Under the pieces are notes generated by a model. It made no database searches, was not told the DNA's origin, and worked only from the letters and a program-made list of their open reading frames with translations. A stretch of 52,993 nucleotides of DNA from Psammoneis japonica (Eukaryota): NCBI GenBank assembly GCA_008632985.1, contig QPGO01000217.1:62001-114993 (forward strand). Direction: 5' to 3'. Position 1 is the first letter of the stretch. Every line of letters begins with the position of its first letter. Shown here piece after piece: positions 22,090-33,419 of the stretch. A program made the translations under genes and the position numbers.

Positions 22090-22404
22090 AAAGACAATTT
22101 GTTGTGAATTCTACATGAAACAGTCACACCGGGGAAAACATGTCGAACAATGAGTGAGTTTGTGCGATGCGCCATTGTGGCGACAAATTGAAAAAAAAGT
22201 GTCTGTGCACCTTGCTGCAGCCCCAAAAAGGCATGAGACATCAAATGTGATGGTCATCCATGTCACCGGTGCGGTGGCCATGCCACTCAGCCGCCACAAT
22301 GCTGGCCCCGGCGGCAGGCCCCCACGTGCGTGCAGGCAGTGCAGCACGCAACGGCACACACCCACACCCACAAAGAAAGACAAGTGGCCAATGCTCCCAG
22401 CAGG
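22090..22404 (+). repeat. Dispersed repeat, copy 1 (terminal fragment of a TE family); copy 2 at ~40572-40886
   Basis: Shared GTGAGTTTGTGC..GTGTCTGTGCACC..GCAGCCCCAAAA..CACACAC..AAAGAAAGACAAGTGGYCAATGCTCCC.GCAGG; similarity ends at the same point in both copies. Confidence 0.8.
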
Positions 22405-23904
22405 AAGTTTTGTGCTTGGAATTCCATGCAAAGCAACATTTTTTTTTGCAAAGTCACTGCCACGTTGTTTCTCACAATTTCTTCTTTTGACTTTGTTGCA
22501 GCCGCCAAAGCAGCAAGTGGCGCCAGATGCTTGACAACATGAAGTGGGCGGCAGAGATGTGAGCTGTGAAGGATGCCACAAAACATTGCACGCTTCTTGA
22601 CAAAATGGGCTTGATGTGCACAAACAACAATCTTTTTCTGCCTTGTTGCATCACACAAAGTCCGTGCACTGGGTGGCCAAACTGGATCTTCACATGTGAC
22701 ACATCAAGAACCAAAAAAACTGACCTTGGTGGTGTGGCAGATTTGATGACTTGTTGATTGCTTTTTAAGGCAGAGGGGGCTGAAGTGGCTCAAGCAAGAC
22801 AAGGGTGCAAAAACTTGAAAGTTGCTGAACATCACCTCACAAGCGTGTTTCAATGTTTGTCCAACAACCAGAGTTCTTGCTGTTGCACAGCAGTGCAGCA
22901 GTGTGGTGCCATTTTCCAGAGTTGTTGCACCAGCGCTGGTTGCAATGAATGCTTTGCCACTGTTCAGCAGGTCTAAAAATGCCAAAGAGTGAGAAAGCCA
23001 TGGCACTGCACACAAATCTCTTCGGGGGCGTGCCCAAAATGGGCACTCGAGCAAAATTGTCAGGAGATGCAAGCAGTCTTCCCTTTTCTCTCAAGTGCCA
23101 AGTTCTGCCTTGCACCATCTCTCATGCTGAGACTGCCCTGGATGACATTTGATGCGTCCCAAGGGAAGCAGTGACGGGTCGCTCTTCCAAGCCAAGGCAG
23201 ACCATTTCTCACTTTTTCGGCACGCTGCGAGCAGAAGCAACAAAGCAAAAAACACGGCGTGGGTCAATACGTTGTAAAATGACGCGACAACAAACAGTGA
23301 GAAGAAACCCAACTTGACCCATGAATACAGTGCATAAATGTTGTCCAACCACTTCAGTTGTATCTCGTATTCCCAGCTTGTAGATCAGTGAACGCCGCTC
23401 GCGTTTGCACGCCATGGTGCTGTTGGTCGTTCTCGTGTTGTTTGCGCGAAGAATGCCGGATCTATCATCAAAATCTACTCCCACCTGCTTAGGCGGACTT
23501 GGAAAAAGACAATGTTCTGATTCTGTCCGTACAACTCGTTATGAGAAAGAGACACCCCACATTCTAATCATTGCATCATGGTTGTATAGCTCGATTTCTG
23601 ATCAGTGCTCTAGGTTAGAGATTATGTACGGCAAAAAAGACGCGTAGCGACTCTCCATCCATGCGATCAGTGGTTACAGATTTCAATTCAATCTTCCCAT
23701 TTTTGATATATACATTTTCGGCACCACCGAATTCCCCGTGTGACAATGATGCCTTAAGAATATAACTGCCAGAACCGACAGAGTCCCATCCGTAAAATAG
23801 AATCTACACACATGATTGCCGCCGCGAAGAACTTATTCAGAATCCCATCAGCAAAAGCTGCCACAAAAGTTAGTCCTACTTTGAAGGCAAGTCCAACAAG
23901 TTGT

Positions 23905-26053
23905 TTAAAGAAGCTCGATCCCCTCTTCCGAAGAAAACGGATAGATATTCCGCGTGTTGCCACTAGGTAGATCGTGGCGAAAGAGACCTTCCAGTCGACC
24001 GTTACATTTCGAATCAAGATGCTGAACTGGTTGCGGCTATGTGACGCCCTTCGACTTGTCTTTTGCGTCCCTCTGTCATCTTTCATCATTATGTAGTCTT
24101 CACCGGTCGTTTCCTTCATTGATGAATCCAACGCGGATCGTGTGACCCGAACCATTTGTTCGCTAATGCTATCATCAGAAGAACTGCCGTCGCTACTAGA
24201 GTCGGATATTTCTGGAGTCCACCGCTGAACTTTGATGATCTTTTCTCTTTGATTGATGACCATGGAAAGCGAGCGGTAAATCTCATCGATCCGTTTCCCA
24301 ATCATTTTCTCCCTTTCTATATCGTGTAGATTTCCAAACGTTTGTGTATCTCTAGCGTATACTTCATTGACTAGAATGTCTTCTCCCTGACGGGGGTGCC
24401 ACGCCCGATGGTCGATGACATCCAAGTTCAAATCATGCAGCTCCAGCATAATCTGTGTTTGAAGCCCCCACTTTGGAACGCTCTTGGTTTGGATGCAGTA
24501 AAACACAACAGTATTCTCTCTTATTCCCTTTTCCAATTCCTCGTCGGATTCTTTGTGCTGAAAGACTTCTGTTTCGATCTGCTTGTTAAAGTGGTTAATG
24601 GTCGACCGAAGGAAGAGTGGTGCAATGATGTACTCAAGAGAACAGCCAGCACGACTGAAGCGTAGATTTCTTTGGAGATCAAATCATTCATGACGGCAAA
24701 CACGGCAATCACAAAGGCAAACTCTCCCTCTACAGCCATACTAAAGCCCACAACGAGGCAATCCCTCATGTGAAGTCCCTTAAAGTCGCTCGAGGCTGAA
24801 AAGTTGGGCACCATGAAACCCACAACGACCTTGCCCAAGAGAGCCAAGGCGAACAAAAGTCCTTGCTTGATGACAATCCAGCTCCCAAACATTTGGATCG
24901 GAACTTGAAAAGCAATGGAGGCAGCAAAGAATATTCTCATGAGCCATTGCATCACCCGTTTGAACTGTGATACAAACATGTGGTGAGCCTCCGGACTGGA
25001 GCAAAACACAAGTCCCGCGAGGAAAGCACCCATGAGAGGTGAAGCTTGCGCGTAATAGGTAGCAGGAATGAGGAGTAACAACATCGAAAACATGATTGCC
25101 ATGGACATCCATTCGCGACTGCATCCGTATCCGTGTTGAAGAGGGTCAAGAATGAATCGATTGAAGAACCTGGGAAGGACAAAGACCGCCAGATAACCTC
25201 CAATGAGAAGAAATGCAAGGGCGCTAACAATTGGGAGCAGAAGGGACGCCACTGTAACTTCGCCGACAAACGCACGAAGCTGGGAGAGAATAACCACTTC
25301 ATGAGCACATCGAGACAATATGCGAGTTAGCAAAAGAGAGAAAAGCGTCGGTTGTGTACGGTCGAATATGCCTGCTGCCTGTTGTACTTACAAGCCACCA
25401 TGTCATCAATAATCGCAGCAGCTACGACAAGCTGTCCGACGGGAGTATTCAGAATACCAGAACGTCTCAAAACATTCATGGCGATCCCGAGCGACGTGGG
25501 AGCAAACGTACAGGCAGCTGCAACAGCCGTAACTCCCGTGTAGCCAAGAAGAATCGTGACACCGAATCCAATCAAGACTGGAAGAAACGTCCCCACCAAG
25601 GCAATCATGACCCCTCGCGTCCCACAAGCTTGAGCGTAGTGAGATCAATATCAATACCAGCTTCAAGTACTAAAAGAACAAGACTATGGCAACGAGTGAA
25701 TGCGTTGAATCAGGAAAAAAGAGAAAATCAAAAATGAAACGTGAGACACTCTCCCGAGCAAAGAACAACAAGCGCACAACGACAACGTACCCAATTTCTC
25801 CCAACAAGACAAAAGCTTCGGCGTTTGGAACAATATCTGCTAAGTTGGGACCCAAGAGAATCCCTGCAAAAATCTCTCCCACCAAGGCTGGCATGGACAA
25901 GAATCGAGCCGCGAATATTCCTGACGCATAAATCGCCGCGAGAAAAACCATTGACATGTACAAATCATTGTATGCAATATGAACTCCAAAGTGTTCTTCT
26001 TCATCCGCGGCCAAAAGGCGAAGGACGGGGTCGGAAACCAATGCGTCCGTCAT
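23905..26053 (-). CDS. CPA2-family Na+(K+)/H+ antiporter with soluble C-terminal domain (introns 25684-25790, 25297-25391; three 1-nt frameshifts)
   Basis: MPALVGEIFAGILLGP, GEIGLVLLVLEAG, TSLGIA..AAAIIDD, MGAFLAGL, LLGK, GEFAFVIA motifs. The frame is restored by single-base additions near 25621, 24629 and 24031 (C-terminus GRLEGLFRH...GIELL*). Confidence 0.85.
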
Positions 26054-26187
26054 ATATTTTGATGGATTTTACAAGGCAAGAGACACAAATGCTAACCAGT
26101 TGTCTCTCGTCGAAAGGCCAACTCGATCGCCGCGTTTTGTGAGTGCGGAAAAGCCTTTTCTGCTCTGCACACGATTCGACGTGATGT

Positions 26188-26362
26188 TGACGTCAGATGT
26201 ATCGGTTGAGAAATATCAACAAGCTATGGCCATGAAGGTTGGAAAAGATGACGTGGCCTATAATGACGTCATCGGAATCTTTGAAGATGTTTGACTCGCA
26301 CGAGTCAAATCATTGTAGAGTACCCGGAAGTTGAAGTGTCAAAACCGCCAACCGCCACGTCA
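26188..26362. promoter_or_regulatory. Cluster of CRE/bZIP-like sites in a divergent intergenic region
   Basis: TGACGTCA at 26188 and 26264, TGACGT at 26249, ACGTCA at 26357, between the antiporter start and ORF 26525. Confidence 0.4.
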
Positions 26363-26524
26363 GTGCAGTGCGGAGTGCCGTCCTGCCTTATAGACTATTG
26401 GAGAAACGCCGCCGCAAGCTGCTGCTTTCGGGGCGAAGGACACCAACTGCCAAAGAACAAAAGGTGCTGCCGACCGACCGAAGCTTAGCGTGTTATATTA
26501 TCTACACAAGTCTACAGTAACATC

Positions 26525-27070
26525 ATGTGGTCCAACCAGCAACGCGCAATAGTCGGCAGGACTCTTTTCGTGCTTTGCGGCGTGACAACAATGTTGTGGG
26601 CCCCTGGTGCTGCTGCCGCGGACGTGACGAGCCCAGCAGGCATCGCCGTAGCTAATACCGAGAGTGGCAGCAATAACCATTTGGCTTGGCAGGGAGCTTG
26701 GCACTTTGAGCCTTCTTGGTTTGCCAAGCAGCATCCGTGGTTGCCCAAGTTTGTCGCGAAAAAGGCATTGAGCTCGACGTTGCTGTTGGATCACGACGGA
26801 TATCATCAGTTGGATAACGAAGGAAAACCACTCAAGCAGAAACGACCGTTGCGAATTGTCAGCCTTTCACCAGAGCGAGCCCATTTGGTTAGAACCGAGG
26901 GACAACGAAAGGAGGTTGAGTTTCATTTGGAAAAGAGGCAAGACAATCATGTGTACTATTGTGAGGGATCCGCTGCGTATCGACTTTTGCGACCAACCAC
27001 TTTTGCGCAAGAAATAGTAGAGCCAGCGAACGAGAATGATCTCAATGAGGAATCGTTTGTTGCCGCTTGA
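26525..27070 (+). CDS. Hypothetical protein, possible signal peptide
   Basis: 181-aa ATG-initiated ORF in normal-composition DNA with a hydrophobic leader ending AAAA-D; no family recognised. Confidence 0.55.
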   Translation: MWSNQQRAIVGRTLFVLCGVTTMLWAPGAAAADVTSPAGIAVANTESGSNNHLAWQGAWHFEPSWFAKQHPWLPKFVAKKALSSTLLLDHDGYHQLDNEGKPLKQKRPLRIVSLSPERAHLVRTEGQRKEVEFHLEKRQDNHVYYCEGSAAYRLLRPTTFAQEIVEPANENDLNEESFVAA

Positions 27071-27804
27071 GACAAGAACCAAACAGTCCATGCCTGAGGA
27101 ATAAGTGTTTACGAGAAAATGCATTCAGAGCGGCATTGACCCTTTAGCTATTGTAGACGAAAAACAAGAAACAAGAAAGCCCAGCACGACAAAACGACCA
27201 GAACGAGTCCTTAGATAGGCATCGGCTCTACTTAGGAACGCATCTCGTCTATAATATGATAACGTTTGCTCAAGAGACTCCATGAAATCGGTACACTTTG
27301 TCTTTGTTCAAAATGCACCAGTGGTAGAGCGAGCGGCGACTTGAATGTTTCAAAGCTTTTTCATTTCAATTCCACCCGAGTAGAGGTACACTGTCTACGA
27401 GACGACCGGCTATCGATCCTTTTGGTGATCTAGTGCTTCTTGAGGATAGCTCGGCACATGCCATAATCTAGGTAGTAGCTATCTAGCTGGAAGTACGGTA
27501 GGGCCCTATCAGGAGGTCGTCGTCATGGCATAATGACAAATCTACAAAAGGTCATGGTAAATGACAGCAGACTCTGATTAGGGACGGAACGCAAAAACAC
27601 AATGAGACCGCAGAGCGAAAAAAGAGCGCAGCTTTAACACATTTAGGCTTAAAATGAAAATGCCACGGGCTCAGCCTGAAACTGGTTCCTGCTCCACCTC
27701 AAGGTAAATCACGACGAGTTCGGACTGGCTTTCTAGATGCTAGAGAGTGAAAGAGCCCTTCAACTTACGTATTGTTCTTGCGTCATACTATTCATCAGCC
27801 AAGC

Positions 27805-28832
27805 TCATTCCGAGGGACTTTCGGTTGTAGCAGTATTTGCTTCCAAGGGTGTGACCGTATCTATCGGTTTCGTCCCATCTAACGATGAGTAAATATCTTC
27901 AACTTTAGCGTCAACTTCATCATTAGATTCTCCTCCATTACCTTCCGCATGATTTGCCTCATTTTTATTCTGTCCATTACCATTTGCTCTAGAGAACAAT
28001 CGTAGCCTATTCAATCGAAACACTTGCACCGCGGTAACAAGAGCCGCCACAAAGGAGAACACCGATGCCAACTCGCATATCGTCTTTTGGCCCGTCAAAC
28101 ATCGCACAAAATACATATGAAACAAGTCATAGGTCATTCTAGGAAAGGAAGGGGGGCGAGAGTTGACCAGAGCCACGAGATGAAAGCCAAGAGAAGATAC
28201 GGGAAACACCACCAACAGGGCGGAGCGAATACGCTTTCGTGTCAGCAAACCAAATTCCAGTAGAGCACGGGAAGCGATAGACCCCAAGAAACAAAAGAGG
28301 GCACTGTAAAAGCTCCATCGCGTCGCAAGGAAATCAAAAGGAAATTCACGTTGGAGCATGGCATACGCAGAGGTGGCCATGGGATTCTTAGCGCCCAGAA
28401 GAATAGCGTTTGCTGTAGCGGTTGCCGTGAAAACGACATTCAAACTCAGGAGAAGGGAACTGAGTGCAAGCACGTGATAAATGAGAAGACACAAGCTTTC
28501 CACCACGTTTCGATTCTCTACCTCCTCGTCGCGGCTCTCCTTGACAAGTGTAAAACGGCTGCCAGAGAACTTCCAGCGATGAGAGCCGCCGGTACGCGAA
28601 TTGACGTGAAGAAACCACTTGCAGCTGCGGAATAATTTGCGACATTACCACCACCAAGAGCTGCCATTGAAAGAGCCGTGTCTGATTGCCTTTGATGTGG
28701 TAATACTGTGTGTCTCACTGTTGTTGATTTTGTCGTCGTTGTTGTCGCAGCAAAGAAGCATGATTTCAACACAAGTTCAGAGGGGCGAACCGGCTTGGAA
28801 GCTACGAAAGCAGCCACAGAGAGACCCGTCAT
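27805..28832 (-). CDS. Hypothetical multi-pass membrane protein, possibly plastid-targeted (1-nt frameshift ~28549; start uncertain)
   Basis: Track ORFs 28518-28832 and 27805-28506 join if one T is added in a T-run (AVFTLVKESRDEEVENRNVVESL). VAA-FVA cleavage-like motif, S/T-rich transit-like stretch and several TM helices. Confidence 0.65.
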
Positions 28833-29753
28833 TTTGTGGTCCTTATGCAGACCAACTGACCATTTCTATCACCAATTTTTTATAGCTGTCATGGCGTACC
28901 ATGTTCAATGTGGCGTCGTGTTCTGTGTTTTTCAAAGTTCAAAGTGCGTGCGTTTTCTGCGGAAGAAAACAAAAAGACGGCAGATTTACGGACGCTTGCA
29001 ATATCTCGATCGCGCGCGCTACGCGCGGTACTCGTTATGGGTGGCGATTTCGTTCGTGCTTTCCTTTTTTTTGAAATCTCGGCGAGTGTCGCACCAAAGT
29101 TGAGTATGGCACCAAACAACAAGAGATGACATTGGACGATGTCGACAACAAGATCTCCAAATATGACCAATGAATTGTCATCATCTGTCCGTGCCCCACC
29201 CGGAGGGATGATGGACCGCTGTTTGCATTTTGCATTGATTGATCCAATTTCGCATCTCACGAGACACCCATGCAGCAAGAAGACACGAGTGCGCTAAGCC
29301 AGGGTTCTTTTGTTCAACGCGACAAACATTCGGAAGCTTGACACTGCCCAGTAAGTCAAAAAATGGAAAATAACTTGTGAGATTGGTCACTTTGTGGCAG
29401 CTTGTGAGCACAAAAAATGAGGTGCATTGGTCGCCGCTGCACTCTCCCTTGTTGCGTCGCTCCTTCCCACCCGAATCAGACAACTTGTGAAAGGGAGTTT
29501 GCACCTTGCCATTTGATGGTTTCCCCCTCATTGACTGGTTGAGTCGTCGTAATTGAAACGAGAAGTACAATTGACAAAGCTTTTTCCCCTCCCGATCGTT
29601 TGTTGCTTTTCGCTAAGTAGTCTTTCAGACCTGGCCGTAGCAAAGTATTCATTTCTGCGACACTACTAGCAAACGTATTGCATTAAACAAACAATCCGAC
29701 GCCACGTTCGTGTTCTATATCAAACTTCTCTAATAATATGTATAATATGTATG

Positions 29754-31305
29754 CTATTCTAAGATCTCAAAGGTATGAGAAAATGTATTGGTTTCGGTAT
29801 TGACCGTCACCAGCCGAATCCCTTGTGCGTCGGGTTCGTCTTGTGCATCTTTGCCTGTTGAATTAAACAGGCAACTCAGAGGAGCCGTGATAATCATCTG
29901 CATGCCCCACTCGGTACTGGACACAAGGTTTTGATGGAAATGGCCCGAGAAGCATGCCTTGACTCCAAATCGACGGAACAAGTCTAGCGCTAGCCGTCGA
30001 TGCTCCTTGGGAACGTGAAAGTAGTAGTCGGGAAAGCCACCATCAGGAATCTCCCATTCGGGCGGGAACTTGCATACACCGTTTAATTCATCTGCGTCTT
30101 CCTCGGCGTGATATAGAAACCACGGATGGTGTCCAAAGACAAACACCTGAGAAGCGCCCTTCACGTTTCGCATACCGCAAACGTTCTTCCATCCACGACA
30201 ACTGCTCTCGATGGAGATCCAAGGCGTTCGTCGGATCAGCAAAGAGACAGGAGTTGAGTACCAAGTTGTACGTGCCATTCACCCAGAAGGCGAGGTAGTC
30301 GTTGCCAAACTTTTTGTTGAAGCGCTGGATGGACGAATGCGTTGGTCGGTTCCCAACGTCGTGATTGCCACAGAGACACACTAGAGCAATATCGGGGTGG
30401 ACTTGCGACCAGACACGCTTAAAGTCGGCTTGCTGTTGTTCTTGAATCTCGTTGCACTCGTCAGGCGTGAAGCTGCTCTCGGGCGAGTCAGAGTAAAACG
30501 ACTGCTCCATATCGGTCAAGTCCCCGCACACACAGCAAAAGGCTGGTCGCGGTGTAAGCTGGTTAACGTACTTGACCGCTCGACGAGAGTATTCTAATTC
30601 TTTCTCCCATGATCTATTGCTTTCTGTCATCCCCAATTGTGTGTCGGCACAACAACAAAAGTGTGTTGTGGGGAATGAGTTGTTCGTTCGTCCTGGTATT
30701 CTCTGTCTCCTTCTATTTTAGGCGGTGCACTTCAAAAGTACCGTTCTCAACTTCTTCTGGGACTTGATGCTTTTCGACCATGTAGATGTCGTCGGTGTTG
30801 TTGTAATAGTCACAAGTCGTCTCTACCACAACATCATCTTCCTCATCATCATAGGTATGGATCGGTGGTTCGAAAAACAGGTCTTCCTGGATCATGCCCT
30901 TGTGAGAAAGGTGCTCCAAATTACCGGACGAAGGGAACTGGAGGGTAGAAGTTGGCGATTCCATTTCTGTATTGAGTAAAGTACCGTCGGGAGCAGCGGC
31001 TAGAAGTGCTTGCGAAAGACGCTTTCGTAGCATATCCTCTGGTTCATCAACCGGCTGTGGCAGTTTATCATGATACAGAGTACGATCTTGCTGTGCATTC
31101 GAGAATCGAGATGGGTACTCTTCTTCGTCGCAATTCTCTGAGAAACTTTAGGAGCCTGAATCATGTCCCATAGTTCCAACGCTGCCGCTGCGCCCTTGAT
31201 CACGGTATCATGGTCGCTCTCATTGGTATGTATAGGTGGTTCTATCGTCGTCATGGTGCTTTCGACTTCCATTGATCTTCCGTTTCTTTCTTTTGGAACG
31301 ATCAA
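29754..31305 (-). CDS. CPPED1-like calcineurin-type metallophosphoesterase (several 1-nt frameshifts; 5' end uncertain)
   Basis: Motifs ADTQLG, CGDLTD, CGNHDVGN, FGHHPWF and FSGHFHQN across track ORFs; frameshifts near 30721, 30652 and 30158. Confidence 0.8.
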
Positions 31306-31494
31306 CGTCGCGAAAGTGCACGAGACTCACGAGAGAAGCAAAATTTCTTCGATGCGTTGGCCCTGCTTGGCGGCCACGTCGCCAATCGGCATTCCAATTT
31401 TATATAATTTGTATACGGTTATATAGGTAAATTTGGAATTTTCAATCGTGAAGTGGAGTCTATCAACTTGGTCGCTCTTATCTTTTTGGTGACA

Positions 31495-32964
31495 CCACTG
31501 ACACGCACGTCACAGATTCACTTCAATCGTACGTGAAGATTCACAATGAATCCATTCATTGCTGGAGATGCTATAACACGTCAAGTGCCTCGAGGGCTCT
31601 TTTTTCGCTCTTGAGTTGGCTGCTCACATTTTTGACTCCTGAAAAAAGATCACATCTCATTGTTTCCAACGGCTTTGGATTGCAAAAGAATGAGGCTCAG
31701 TTTGTGTCACTGCAGGATGAACACAATGTGCTGAACTGCAATGAAGACAACCTCCTGTTGGTGTCATGTCTTGGTGGTGTCCCACACACGTGCTCCTTTT
31801 TTGTTGTCGCAAAATCACGTGGGAAACAGAGGGCCTTCCTGTGCCAAAGCTGCAGCTGAAAGTTGCAGCAGCTGTTCACAGTGATGAGGTTTGTGCTCAA
31901 GACTTGAGGAACCTGCAGCTCAACTGGCTGGCAACCTGTTGTGTGGGGCGATGATTGACGATTTCATGAACGACCTCGTGTGTCTCAAAGTTGCTCCTCT
32001 TTTGCAGAAAAAAGCAACAACCTTTTTGTGAATTTTTTGGTGTGGTCTGCAAAGCTGGGGGCAGGTTTGTCACCAGCTTCCTGACTCCCAATCAATTTCT
32101 CTCTTTGGCTCAGTTTGTGAAAACCATGTGGGCACATCATTTGTTGACATCAAGCATCCTTCAGGTGGACGAAGAAGTCCAAGGCCGTCTCACTCACAGC
32201 CTGCTCTGTGAAAGCCAGTGTGCAGAAAGTGAGCCACATCATCTGCTGAGAGCTTGCTGGCCTAATCTGCAGAACAAAAAAAACAGGAGCACTTTGCAAA
32301 CAGATGGCTGCATTGAGAGTGCATTTTTTTGCTCTTCAGGATGCTTGCAGCCGGTGCGCTGCTGCAGAGATGGTCAGGAAAAGCAAGGTGGTGAGACAAG
32401 GGAGCATGTGTGCTGCTGCTGCAGCTCACCAATTGCTTCTGTGAGAAAACAGTGATGCAAGAAGTGAGAAGGCATTGGAGTGAAAACAAGAGTTGACAGT
32501 GCGCACTTTTCACCCTTGGAGGGCTCTTGCAACAAATGGTTGTGCCTGCACTCCAGCATGCCCACACAAAGTGAGTTTGTGAACCCTGTCTTTTGCACCA
32601 GTTGGCCAGAGTGGGTTCCCAGAAAGATTTTGTGAGACTGAGGGAACATGCGTGCTCCTCTCTTCAAAATTCCACTGACACGCACGTCACAGATTCACTT
32701 CAATCGCATGTGAAGATTCACAATGAGTCCATGCATTGCTGCAGATGCCACAACACGTCAAGTGCCCTGAAGGGTGGCCTCTTCATTTGCTCTTTCATTG
32801 TGATCATGACTTGGTTGATGCCTCTGAAAAGAGACTGTCTCACTGTTTCTAACAGCTCTGGTTTGCAAAAGAATGAGACACGTTTGTGTCACTGCAGCAG
32901 GAAAAATGCAGTGTGCTGAACTGCAATGAAAACAACCTCCTGTTGGTGTGTGGTCTTGCTGGTG
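31495..32964 (+). repeat. Local direct duplication of ~285 bp (31495-31779 and 32672-32964)
   Basis: Both copies begin CCACTGACACGCACGTCACAGATTCACTTCAATCG and end ...CAACCTCCTGTTGGTGT...GTCTTG.TGGTG. Confidence 0.9.
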
Positions 32965-33246
32965 GAGGGCTGCAAGTCACCTCACAAAAAAGGGCATGGC
33001 ACCGGAGCCATTGTTGGCATTGTCGTGGGTTTGCTGTTCTTGCTCTTGGCCATCGCCGGCGGGGTTGTGTTGTCCCTTTTTTTGAAAAGGAAAAAGCAGA
33101 AGAAGAGTAAAAGTATAATGGCAGGTGGTCTGGAGAGCATGTCGGTTCCAACGAGCAAAGATGCCAAAGGCTCCGAGCCGACGGAGCACAGTGAAACTTC
33201 ACCCGGACTTGACAGGGACAACAGCAAGATTGAAATGGAAGCTTAG
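32926..33246 (+). pseudogene. C-terminal fragment of a type I membrane protein (TM helix plus cytoplasmic tail)
   Basis: GAIVGIVVGLLFLLLAIAGGVVLSLFL-KRKKQKK stop-transfer segment then a polar tail; the upstream sequence is degraded and TpA-depleted. Confidence 0.55.
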
Positions 33247-33419
33247 CAGAGAGGTAATGTCATGCAGAAATAGTAAACTAATCTGATCTTGGTAGTTCGA
33301 CAGATCAACATTTTCACCAATCACGATTAAGATGGAATGAATCAAGTGATAAAGCAATTAGGAGGCAATTGAAATGAATAATATCTGTTTTAAATGAAAT
33401 TGATCGGCTTAGGTCATGC

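Noticed and set aside
22154..22403. GTGAGT...CAG repeat (also 40632-40885) as an introner-like mobile intron
   Set aside because: Homology between the copies extends ~60 bp upstream of the GT, so GT is not the element boundary, and no host exons flank it.
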